Shown here piece after piece: positions 11,150 to 20,254 of a stretch of 64,000 bases of DNA. A model generated the notes under the pieces. The model was given only the letters and a program-made list of their open reading frames with translations. It made no database searches and was not told the DNA's origin. Position 1 is the stretch's first letter. Each line of letters opens with the position of its first letter. The DNA comes from Polynucleobacter sp. (GTDB lineage: Bacteria > Pseudomonadota > Gammaproteobacteria > Burkholderiales > Burkholderiaceae), in the NCBI GenBank assembly GCA_030157655.1, contig JAOAUK010000005.1:20895-84894 (forward strand), given 5' to 3'. Made by a program: the position numbers and the translations under genes.

Positions 11150-11785
11150 TTAGGGGGCTAAACGCTGAATCTTCCAGGCGTCGTTATCTTTGATGTACTG
11201 AATACGATCATGCAAACGAGAAGGGCGTCCTTGCCAGAATTCTAATGCTTCAGGCTTGACTCTAAAGCCGCCCCAATGAGGCGGTCTAGGCGGGTTTAAG
11301 GCAAACTTAAGAGCGTATTCGGCTGCTTTGGTCACTAATTCAGTGCGACCTTTAATAACTCGACTCTGCGGTGATGCCCATGCACCAATTCTTGAGTCTA
11401 GTGGGCGAGAGTGAAAGTACTCATCACTTTCTGACTCTGAGAGTTTTTCAACGGCACCTTCAACGCGAACTTGTCTTTCTAGTTCTGGCCAAAAGAACAG
11501 CAGAGCGGCATGAGGATTGGCTGTTAAGGCCTGGCCTTTACGGCTCTCATAATTAGTAAAAAATACAAAACCAGCTTGCGTGACTTCTTTAATGAGTACA
11601 ACACGAGCACTTGGTTTTCCGTTGGCATCCACAGATGCCACAGTCATGGCGTTAGGCTCGGGTAATTCTGCATGACGAGCCTGATCAAACCAGATATTGA
11701 ATTGATCAATCGGGTTGGCTTGGACATCCTCTTCAGAGAGGCTGCCTTTCATGTAGGATTTTCTTAAATCAGCTAACTTGGTCAT
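11150..11785 (-). CDS. pdxH: Pyridoxamine 5'-phosphate oxidase
   Basis: [30 protein letters not shown]. Confidence 0.96.
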   Translation of the reverse strand: MTKLADLRKSYMKGSLSEEDVQANPIDQFNIWFDQARHAELPEPNAMTVASVDANGKPSARVVLIKEVTQAGFVFFTNYESRKGQALTANPHAALLFFWPELERQVRVEGAVEKLSESESDEYFHSRPLDSRIGAWASPQSRVIKGRTELVTKAAEYALKFALNPPRPPHWGGFRVKPEALEFWQGRPSRLHDRIQYIKDNDAWKIQRLAP

Positions 11786-11808
11786 GGGCTAAGTATATAG
11801 TCTTGGGT

Positions 11809-12600
11809 ATGGAAAAGAATCAAAATAGACGTTTTGGTGGGGTTGCTCGTTTATATGGCGATGATGGCCTGCAGGCTTTTGAGCAGGCTCACGTCTTGGT
11901 CGCTGGTTTAGGCGGTGTTGGTTCATGGGCCCTAGAGGCTCTGGCTAGAAGTGCTGTCGGTGAGGTGACATTAGTAGATTTTGACCATATTGCAGAAAGT
12001 AATGTGAACCGCCAGTTACACGCCACTCAAGAAAACTTTGGTAAATCCAAAGTGAAGGCCATGGCTGAACGCATTTTGGCGATTAACCCAGGCATCAAAA
12101 TCAATGAGATTGATGATTTTTTAAGTCCAGATAATCTGGATGAGCACCTCCAAAAAAATGCTACTAATCCTTTATTTGTGGTCTTGGATGCCACCGATGA
12201 TGTGAAGATGAAAATCGCTTTAGCGGCTTATTGCAAAAAAAATAAGGAGAGTGCCAAGGATGGCATTCCGCTGGTCATTTGTGGTGGCGCTGGAGGTAAG
12301 TTAGATCCTAGCCGAATTGTTGCAGCTGATTTAGCAAAAACTACACAAGATCCACTGCTATCAAAAATACGATATTCCTTAAGAAAGCTTCATGGCTTTT
12401 CTAATGATCCTAAGAAGAAGTTGGGTGTGACAGCGATTTATTCAGATGAACCAAGGCAGGGCGTTGCCACTGGTGGCTTGGCTTGTTCTGGTTATGGTTC
12501 AGCTGTGACGGTGACCGCTACTTTTGGATTTATCGCGGCAGCAGAAGTGCTCAAGCTATTAAAAGCAAAATACTCAAAGAGCAACCCATCCATTAAATAG
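11809..12600 (+). CDS. tcdA: ThiF-family tRNA threonylcarbamoyladenosine dehydratase (likely start ATG 11809)
   Basis: RRFGGVARLYG, GLGGVGSW..EALARS, SNVNRQLHA, GGAGGKLDP, DPLL. Confidence 0.88.
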   Translation: MEKNQNRRFGGVARLYGDDGLQAFEQAHVLVAGLGGVGSWALEALARSAVGEVTLVDFDHIAESNVNRQLHATQENFGKSKVKAMAERILAINPGIKINEIDDFLSPDNLDEHLQKNATNPLFVVLDATDDVKMKIALAAYCKKNKESAKDGIPLVICGGAGGKLDPSRIVAADLAKTTQDPLLSKIRYSLRKLHGFSNDPKKKLGVTAIYSDEPRQGVATGGLACSGYGSAVTVTATFGFIAAAEVLKLLKAKYSKSNPSIK

Positions 12601-12606
12601 TTAGAA

Positions 12607-15171
12607 CTATTTAACGCTCTTAGCAATATGCGCTAAAGCCTCTTCTACTTGGTCTACAAGAATCAAACAAATATCGTCGGTAGCGATTTGAGCCAATGCT
12701 TGATCAATGGCTAAAAACTCACCATGAAACTCTTCAATTTTTTTCACTTGTTTAGAGTTGTGAAGACCTTCTCGCATGATGCCAATCACTTCGCCATCTG
12801 GGCGACCACGTTGACACTGATCTTCATACAGAATCACGTGATCAAAGTATTGACCCAAGATTTCGGTTTGGCGACGTAAGTCCTCATCGCGACGATCACC
12901 GGCGCCACTGATCACTACCATGCGGCGCTTTGCCGGCATATTGATGATGGTTTCTGATAGGGCAATGATTGCATCAGGATTGTGACCATAGTCAGCAATG
13001 ATGGTTGCGCCATTGTGTTGGAATAAATTAAATCTACCTGGAACTGTTTGGGCGTCGCTCACAAAAGAGCTTAAGCCTTCGGCAATGATGTCCCAGTTGA
13101 TATTTAGAGCCCAGGCTGCACCCACAACACCTAAAACGTTTTCAACTTGGAAGCCAATCGTGCCATTGGCAGTGATAGGCACTTGTTGTAAATCGATGTG
13201 GAATTCTTTTTTGCCTTCAACGGCCACAATTTTTTTGCCATCCACAAATACAACGCGCTTACCTTGAGCGCGATGTTTTGCCATCACGGGGTGATTGATA
13301 TCTTTTGCAAAGTAGGTCACTTCAGCAGGACAAACTTTAGCCATCTTGGCAACGATAGGATCTGCCGCATTTAATACAGCCATACCGCCTGGGGTAACGT
13401 TTTGCACAATCACGCGTTTGACAGCAGCTAGTTCGGCAGCTGTATTGATGTAGTTCATGCCAAGGTGATCGCCTTCGCCCAAATTGGTGACGATGGCAAC
13501 TTGGCAACGATCAAAGCCTAGACCCTCTCTTAGGATGCCGCCACGAGCTGTTTCTAAAACAGCAGCATCGACATCGGGGTGCATTAATACATTGCGAGCA
13601 CTCTTAGGACCGCTGCAGTCGCCTGTGTCGATGCGACGACGGTTAACGTAAACGCCATCTGTGCCTGTATGCCCAACACGAAGGCCATTTTGCTCAAACA
13701 AATGGCTCATCAGTTTTACAGTGGTTGTTTTACCGTTGGTGCCTGTAACTGCGACTACGGGGATGCGCCCATCATCATTTTTGCCAAACATAGTAGAGAT
13801 GATGGCTTCGCCAACTGGACGACCTTTGCCATATGATGGGTGTAAATGCATGCGTAGGCCTGGTGCAGCATTTACTTCAACAATGCCGCCACCTTGTTCT
13901 TCTAGTGGGCGATAAACATTGTCGCAAACCACATCGACGCCACAAATATCAAGACCTACCATTTGTGCTGCTGCTACTGCAGATGCTGCTAAATCAGGAT
14001 GCACATCATCAGTTACATCCGTTGCTGTGCCGCCAGTACTTAAGTTAGCGTTGTTACGTAGTGTTACACGCAAGCCTTTTGGTGGAACAGAGTCAGGTGT
14101 TAGATTTTGATTCTTGAGTGTTGCAATAGCGATTTCATCAATACGGATTTTGCTCAGTGATGTAGCATGACCATCGCCACGAAGAGGATCTTTATTGACC
14201 TCTTCAACTAGTTCGCGTACTGTGTTTTTGTTATTGCCAATCACATAAGGAGGTTCGCGGCGTGCTGCTGCGATTAGTTGGCCACCAATGATTAGTAGGC
14301 GGTGATCGTGACCTGGCATATAGCGTTCAACAATCACTTCTGATGAAATGGCTGAAGCTGCTTTAAATGCAATATCAATTTGTTCGCGCGTATCGATGTT
14401 GACCGCAACACCTTTACCTTGGTTGCCATCGCGTGGCTTGATGGCAACAGGTGCATTAATTTCTAGGTAGGCTTGCCAAGCTTCATCAGCTGTTGTCACG
14501 ATGCTGCCCAATGGCACGGGAACGCCTGCTGCATGTAAAAGATTTTTTGTGAGTTGCTTGTCTTGCGCAATTGATTCTGCAATCGCACTGGTGACACTCG
14601 TCTCAGCTGCTTGTATGCGGCGCTGCTTGCTACCCCAACCAAGTTGCACCATGCTGCCTTCGGTTAAGCGGCGGTATGGGATGCCTCGAGCAATGGCTGC
14701 ATCAACAATCGAACCAGTACTTGGTCCTAAACGAATATCTTCATCTAGTTCTCTGAGTTGCTTGAGGTATTCATCTAAGTGTGAGCCGTTATCAATCAGT
14801 GCAGAGCGGCATAGCTTCAAAGCCAAATCTAAAGCTAAGCGACCAACTTTTTCTTCGGTGTACTCAACCACCACAATATATACGCCATCGTCTGGTGTAG
14901 CCATGGTGCGGCTAAATGTCACTGGGCAACCTGCTTGAGCTTGAAGGTCTCGTGAGCAAACTTCCAGTGCATGAGCTAACGAGACGGTTTCATTTTGTCC
15001 GTACGATCTTAGCGGGCCTAATTGTGGGAAACGTTCACGTAATCTAGTTTCAAAGCCAGAGATATTGGTGATAATTTTTTCGTTCTCTTCGCACTTCACA
15101 AGAGCTTCTAAGGCAGTGTGTCTGCCCCATAAGTTAGGGCCTCTTAGTGCGCGGATACGTGTTAGTTCCAT
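12607..15171 (-). CDS. cphA: Cyanophycin synthetase (full-length, CphA)
   Basis: RALRGPNLW, LGPSTGSIV, ATP-grasp KPRDGNQGKGV and EVNAAPG, Mur-like VTGTNGKTTT, ETARGG, DYGHN. Confidence 0.95.
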   Translation of the reverse strand: MELTRIRALRGPNLWGRHTALEALVKCEENEKIITNISGFETRLRERFPQLGPLRSYGQNETVSLAHALEVCSRDLQAQAGCPVTFSRTMATPDDGVYIVVVEYTEEKVGRLALDLALKLCRSALIDNGSHLDEYLKQLRELDEDIRLGPSTGSIVDAAIARGIPYRRLTEGSMVQLGWGSKQRRIQAAETSVTSAIAESIAQDKQLTKNLLHAAGVPVPLGSIVTTADEAWQAYLEINAPVAIKPRDGNQGKGVAVNIDTREQIDIAFKAASAISSEVIVERYMPGHDHRLLIIGGQLIAAARREPPYVIGNNKNTVRELVEEVNKDPLRGDGHATSLSKIRIDEIAIATLKNQNLTPDSVPPKGLRVTLRNNANLSTGGTATDVTDDVHPDLAASAVAAAQMVGLDICGVDVVCDNVYRPLEEQGGGIVEVNAAPGLRMHLHPSYGKGRPVGEAIISTMFGKNDDGRIPVVAVTGTNGKTTTVKLMSHLFEQNGLRVGHTGTDGVYVNRRRIDTGDCSGPKSARNVLMHPDVDAAVLETARGGILREGLGFDRCQVAIVTNLGEGDHLGMNYINTAAELAAVKRVIVQNVTPGGMAVLNAADPIVAKMAKVCPAEVTYFAKDINHPVMAKHRAQGKRVVFVDGKKIVAVEGKKEFHIDLQQVPITANGTIGFQVENVLGVVGAAWALNINWDIIAEGLSSFVSDAQTVPGRFNLFQHNGATIIADYGHNPDAIIALSETIINMPAKRRMVVISGAGDRRDEDLRRQTEILGQYFDHVILYEDQCQRGRPDGEVIGIMREGLHNSKQVKKIEEFHGEFLAIDQALAQIATDDICLILVDQVEEALAHIAKSVK

Positions 15172-15179
15172 AGTCTTGG

Positions 15180-17330
15180 CTAGTTATATGTTTGTAGACC
15201 TGTTGCAATAATATCTTTGGGGGTATTTAACGCCCAAACCGCAGCTACAGCAGCTAGCACGCTTTCTAATGCATTGGCCTTGCTGCTTGATTGCAAAAGA
15301 GGAATGCTCGTAATACGAATCAATCGATCTTGCTCTTGTCCTTGAGCTAGAACAATGGTGTCGTTTTCAGTAAATACTGCTCGACCACCTTGAGCTAAAT
15401 GATTTTTAGTGATGTCATTGAGACCATGTTTACTAAAGAAAATCACTTCGCCATCTGATAGTTCTGCCATTTTTGCAACAGCTTCATCATCCGCATTTAA
15501 TACTGCCGCACCTGTTGGTAGAACCACATCCACTTGTGTACGCATCACGTTGTAAATTTGTTCTGGTTCAGTGATGGAGCACTCTGGTACGGTATCTGTT
15601 GGATCAAGGTTGGTGACGATACCAACCGCGCAGCGATCGTAGGCTAAGCCTTCGTTCAAAATAGTGCGACTATCGTTTTCGAAAACAGCAGCTTCTACTT
15701 GGCGGTTTAGCAAAATACGATTACCGCTTGTCCAGTTGGCGCAATTACCAGGAGTTTGTAGGCGCTGATTGAAGTAAGCGCCTTTGCTACAGGCAAGGCC
15801 TACTTTCATGCCAGTGAGTTGCATGAGGTGAGTAGTGAGTTGCGCCACCATGGTTTTGCCACGCGAACCTGTTACACCCACAATAGGTATTCGGCCATCT
15901 GCCTGGTTAGGGAATAAATGTTCAACAATGGCTGCACCCACTGGTTGAGGCTCGCCCACTGCAGGTTTTAAGTGCATGATGAGACCAGGGCCTGCATTCA
16001 CTTCAACAATCGCGCCACCTTGCTCTTCTAGTGGCTTTGAAATATCTTCGGCCACTAAGTCGATGCCAGCGATATCTAGGCCAATCACTCTGGCGGCTAA
16101 TGCTGCTTGCGCAGCCACTTCTGGGTGAACCAAATGCGTTACCTCAAAAGCCATATTGCCAGAGCCTTGAACCAATACTTGTTGACCTACAGCTGGTATG
16201 GAATCCAGCGTTAATTTTTGTCTTGATAATTCAATTTCTAATTTGGTATCAAATACCACTGGGCTAAGAGGCAATATCTCGGCATCACCTCGACGTGGAT
16301 CTGTGTTGATCTCTTCTTCAATCAGTTGACGAATCGTGCGCTTGCCATCACCAATAGCCCAAGCTGATTCACCTTTGGCAGCCGCCACAACTTTTTTGCC
16401 CACCACTAAAAGACGATGCTCATTACCAGGGATGTAGCGTTCCACCATCACGCCGCTACCTTCGTTTAAGGCGTCATCAAAGGCCTTCTCAATTTCTGCT
16501 TGGGTTGTCAGGTTGGTAAATACGCCGCGCGCATGATTGCCGTCATACGGCTTCACCACAACAGGTCCACCAATATCTTGCGCTGCTTCCCATGCATCGC
16601 TTGGGCTTTCAACCATGCGACCTTCAGGCACGGGTACGCCACAAGATGCTAATAAAGACTTAGTTAAGTCTTTGTCTCTAGATATGCCTTCTGCAATGGC
16701 GCTCGTTAAATCTGTTTCTGCTGTCCAAATGCGGCGTTGTTGATTGCCATAACCCAATTGCACCAAATTGCCTTCAGATAATCGGATTGATGGAATTCTT
16801 TTTTCGCGCGCAGCATCAACGATGCAACCTGTACTTGGACCCAAGTACAGGCTATCGACCATGTCTTCGATTTCTTTAACGGCTGCGGGAACATCGAATG
16901 GTTTGTCTTCAATGGCCGCCATCACTAAATCACGAGCGTGATAAAGCGCTGTTTCAGTGATCTTTTCATGCCAGGCACGAACCACTACTTTATAAACGCC
17001 ACGTTTATTGGTTTCACGTGCTTTACCAAAACCGCCAGGCATGCCTGCTAAATTTTGTAATTCGAGGGTAACGTGCTCAAGGATATGGGCAGGCCATGTG
17101 CCTTCTTCTAAACGTTTGATAAAACCACCACGCTCACCGTAGCTGCAACGATGCTCTATCAAAGTAGGTAACCAAGCGCAAAGACGCTCGGTAAATCCAG
17201 GAATAGTGTTTGATGGACAGTCTTCTAGGTCGCCGATGTCTACCCATGCTTCAAGCACAGGGCGATAGGTCCACATACTGGGTCCTTTTAGGACCTTTAT
17301 ATCTATGATTTCTATAGTTTTTTTACTCAT
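15180..17330 (-). CDS. Cyanophycin synthetase-like paralogue (CphA'), C-terminally shortened (start 17330 or 17348)
   Basis: Same N and ATP-grasp domains as cphA; degenerate Mur domain (VTGSRGKT) ending before the C-terminal lid. Confidence 0.9.
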   Translation of the reverse strand: MSKKTIEIIDIKVLKGPSMWTYRPVLEAWVDIGDLEDCPSNTIPGFTERLCAWLPTLIEHRCSYGERGGFIKRLEEGTWPAHILEHVTLELQNLAGMPGGFGKARETNKRGVYKVVVRAWHEKITETALYHARDLVMAAIEDKPFDVPAAVKEIEDMVDSLYLGPSTGCIVDAAREKRIPSIRLSEGNLVQLGYGNQQRRIWTAETDLTSAIAEGISRDKDLTKSLLASCGVPVPEGRMVESPSDAWEAAQDIGGPVVVKPYDGNHARGVFTNLTTQAEIEKAFDDALNEGSGVMVERYIPGNEHRLLVVGKKVVAAAKGESAWAIGDGKRTIRQLIEEEINTDPRRGDAEILPLSPVVFDTKLEIELSRQKLTLDSIPAVGQQVLVQGSGNMAFEVTHLVHPEVAAQAALAARVIGLDIAGIDLVAEDISKPLEEQGGAIVEVNAGPGLIMHLKPAVGEPQPVGAAIVEHLFPNQADGRIPIVGVTGSRGKTMVAQLTTHLMQLTGMKVGLACSKGAYFNQRLQTPGNCANWTSGNRILLNRQVEAAVFENDSRTILNEGLAYDRCAVGIVTNLDPTDTVPECSITEPEQIYNVMRTQVDVVLPTGAAVLNADDEAVAKMAELSDGEVIFFSKHGLNDITKNHLAQGGRAVFTENDTIVLAQGQEQDRLIRITSIPLLQSSSKANALESVLAAVAAVWALNTPKDIIATGLQTYN

Positions 17331-17484
17331 GCGGGCCGGAAGTGCCAAAAATACCTAATTGTACTTTGTCGTATAACGATTTGAATAGTTTTTGGTTGAC
17401 ATAAATCGACATAAAAAAGGTAAATATTTACCCCATTAAATTTGCGATAATTGCGTACTTATAAAGATAAAAAGTACTCTTGCC

Positions 17485-19785
17485 TTGATTTCTTCTGACT
17501 CTAGCCCTATTGACCGTTTAGCCAATCATTGGCGTGTTGCTTTGCCATTGGTATTGAGGCCTGGTGAAGAGCTCATCTTAGCCCTAGAGCTAGATTTAAA
17601 TCAGCAATTACAGTTTTCAAGCGGCTTGGTTTGTTTAACCAATCAAGGTCTGATTGCTTTTAATAATCAACATGATCTATCGACTGCCCAAGATCCTGCT
17701 ACATGGAACTATTGGAACTTTGCCGATGATCTAAAACTGCATTTGCATGATCACGCAGGTGTGGCAAGTCTGGAATTATTTAATCAAGGTGAGCGCCTAG
17801 CTTTATGGCGATTTACCTTGGCTCAAAACCCAGTGGCGAATCGACTCTTGCAACAATACAAAATTGAGTTTGCTAAATCGATGGGCCACGAGTTAGATGC
17901 TGGCCTAGATCAAACGCAACCTTTGTGCCCAAGTTGTTGGGTGCCGTTGCCGCCTGATCAAGATGAGTGTCCTGCGTGCACTTCTGAAAATCTAACGCCG
18001 CCATCAACTTGGACATTATTTAGGTTGTGGCGTTTTGCAAAGCCTTATCAGGGGCAATTGTTAGTAGGCTTTTTATTAACCCTGGCTTCAACAGCTGCGA
18101 CATTGGTGCCGCCGTATTTAACAATGCCATTGATGGATGACATTTTGTTGCCATACCAAAGTGGTCAGCCGATTAACTATGAGTTAACAGCCTTTTATCT
18201 GGGAGCCTTATTCCTTGCGGCACTGCTGGCGTGGGGCTTGGGTTGGGCTAAGACATACATCTTGGCATTAGTCAGTGAACGCATTGGTGCTGATTTAAGA
18301 ACCAGCACTTATCAACACTTGATGAAGTTATCTTTGGAATATTTCGGTGGTAAACGAACAGGTGATTTGATGGCTCGGATTGGTTCAGAGTCTGATCGCA
18401 TTTGTTTATTCTTGTCCTTACATTTATTAGATTTTGCAACCGATGTATTGATGATCTTGATGACGGCTGTCATCTTGGTATCAATTGACCCATGGTTGGC
18501 TTTGGTTACTTTGACGCCATTACCTTTTATTGGTTGGGCGATTCATGTGGTGCGCGACAAACTGCGTTATGGCTTTGAAAAAATTGACCGCATTTGGTCT
18601 GAAGTTACCAGTGTTTTAGCTGACACTATTCCTGGTGTTCGAGTGGTTAAAGCATTCGCTCAAGAAGAACGCGAGACAGAACGTTTCCGTTTGGCCAATC
18701 AACACAATCTAGCCGTCAATGACCGCGTTAATAAAGTATGGGCCTTGTTCTCGCCAACCATTACTTTACTCACTGAGATTGGTTTATTGGTTGTTTGGGC
18801 TTTTGGTATTTGGCAGATCTCACAGGATTCCATCACAGTAGGTATGCTGACTGCGTGCTTGGCATATATCGGACGCTTTTACACACGTCTAGACTCAATG
18901 AGCCGCATTGTGTCGTTCACTCAGCAAGCAGCCACAGGCGCAAAACGTATTTTTGATATTTTGGATCACGTCTCGAGTGTTCCGGAGCCTGTTAATCCTG
19001 TCAAACTAACTAAAGTTGAAGGCAGGATCGAGTTGCAAAACGTGGGCTTCCGTTACGGCAATCGATCAGTTACCAGGGGTATCAATTTGCAGATCGCTCC
19101 TGGAGAGATGATTGGTTTGGTTGGTCACAGTGGCTCTGGTAAAAGTACTTTGGTGAACTTGATTTGTCGTTTCTATGATGCGGCTGAAGGCACAATCAAG
19201 CTAGACGGTGTGGATATCCGCTCAATTGCTGTGGCAGATTATCGACGTCACATCGGTCTGGTATTGCAAGAACCATTCTTGTTCTTTGGCACGATTGCTG
19301 AAAATATCGCTTATGGCAAACCAGGGGCAACACGCGCAGAAGTGATTGCAGCTGCAAGAGCCGCTCATGCGCATGAATTTATCTTGCGGTTGCCACATGG
19401 TTATGATTCCTTGGTAGGGGAGCGTGGCCAATCGTTGTCAGGCGGAGAGCGTCAACGCATTTCAATTGCAAGAGCTTTATTAATTGATCCGCAGATTTTG
19501 ATCTTGGATGAGGCCACATCTTCTGTGGACAGCACCACTGAAAAAGAAATTCAAAAAGCTCTAGATAATTTGGTGAAAGGTCGTACAACCATTGCGATTG
19601 CGCACCGTTTATCAACATTGCGCAAAGCAGACCGTTTGATTGTTCTAGATAAAGGCGAAGTCATTGAAGAGGGTGGTCACGATCAGTTGATGGCATTGCA
19701 GGGCGTCTATCGCCGGATGTACGATACGCAAGCAAGACAAGCCATGGATGCTGTTGATGCTGAATTGGGAGTGACGCATGGTTAA
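17485..19785 (+). CDS. Cyanophycin-locus ABC exporter (N-terminal extra domain + TMD + NBD); exact start uncertain
   Basis: GHSGSGKST, LSGGERQR, ILDEATS; TM domain; N-terminal ~170 aa with CPSC..CPAC. Confidence 0.9.
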   Translation: MISSDSSPIDRLANHWRVALPLVLRPGEELILALELDLNQQLQFSSGLVCLTNQGLIAFNNQHDLSTAQDPATWNYWNFADDLKLHLHDHAGVASLELFNQGERLALWRFTLAQNPVANRLLQQYKIEFAKSMGHELDAGLDQTQPLCPSCWVPLPPDQDECPACTSENLTPPSTWTLFRLWRFAKPYQGQLLVGFLLTLASTAATLVPPYLTMPLMDDILLPYQSGQPINYELTAFYLGALFLAALLAWGLGWAKTYILALVSERIGADLRTSTYQHLMKLSLEYFGGKRTGDLMARIGSESDRICLFLSLHLLDFATDVLMILMTAVILVSIDPWLALVTLTPLPFIGWAIHVVRDKLRYGFEKIDRIWSEVTSVLADTIPGVRVVKAFAQEERETERFRLANQHNLAVNDRVNKVWALFSPTITLLTEIGLLVVWAFGIWQISQDSITVGMLTACLAYIGRFYTRLDSMSRIVSFTQQAATGAKRIFDILDHVSSVPEPVNPVKLTKVEGRIELQNVGFRYGNRSVTRGINLQIAPGEMIGLVGHSGSGKSTLVNLICRFYDAAEGTIKLDGVDIRSIAVADYRRHIGLVLQEPFLFFGTIAENIAYGKPGATRAEVIAAARAAHAHEFILRLPHGYDSLVGERGQSLSGGERQRISIARALLIDPQILILDEATSSVDSTTEKEIQKALDNLVKGRTTIAIAHRLSTLRKADRLIVLDKGEVIEEGGHDQLMALQGVYRRMYDTQARQAMDAVDAELGVTHG

Positions 19786-20245
19786 TTCATTCACATTAAG
19801 TAGAAATTCTTTTGGCCATCTTTGTTTGCAAGATCAAGCAGGGGTGACTCATGAGCAAGTGGTGCCTGTGCGAGCTTTTCCTATTAGCCATCCAAATGAA
19901 TCTATTGCAATCGTTGATCGCGATGGACATGAGTTGGTTTGGTTGGATTCTCTAGATCAAGCCACGATGTCTAATCAGCAGATGATTAATGAAGAGTTGG
20001 CTAGTCGCGAGTTCATGCCAGTTTTGACGGGTATTGAAGACGTTTCTACGTTTGCTACTCCCAGCACATGGACAGTTAAAACGAATCGTGGTCCTACGCA
20101 ATTTATCTTGCGCGGTGAAGAGGATATACGCCGAGTTAACAAAACCATGTATCTGGTATCTGATACCCATGGGGTGCAATATCTGATACAAGATATTCAG
20201 GCTTTAGATAAGCATAGCCGTCGTCTCTTAGATCGTTTCCTATAA
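19778..20245 (+). CDS. DUF1854-family protein
   Basis: PVRAFPI, ELASREFMP, W.V.T.RG, LDKHSRRLLDRFL; overlaps ABC gene stop. Confidence 0.8.
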   Translation: MVNSFTLSRNSFGHLCLQDQAGVTHEQVVPVRAFPISHPNESIAIVDRDGHELVWLDSLDQATMSNQQMINEELASREFMPVLTGIEDVSTFATPSTWTVKTNRGPTQFILRGEEDIRRVNKTMYLVSDTHGVQYLIQDIQALDKHSRRLLDRFL

Positions 20246-20254
20246 GGCAAGATC

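Noticed and set aside
17396-17409. FNR-like TTGAC-ATAA-ATCGA between cphA' and the ABC exporter
   Set aside because: Two mismatches, and equally explained as a TTGACA -35 element; too weak to call
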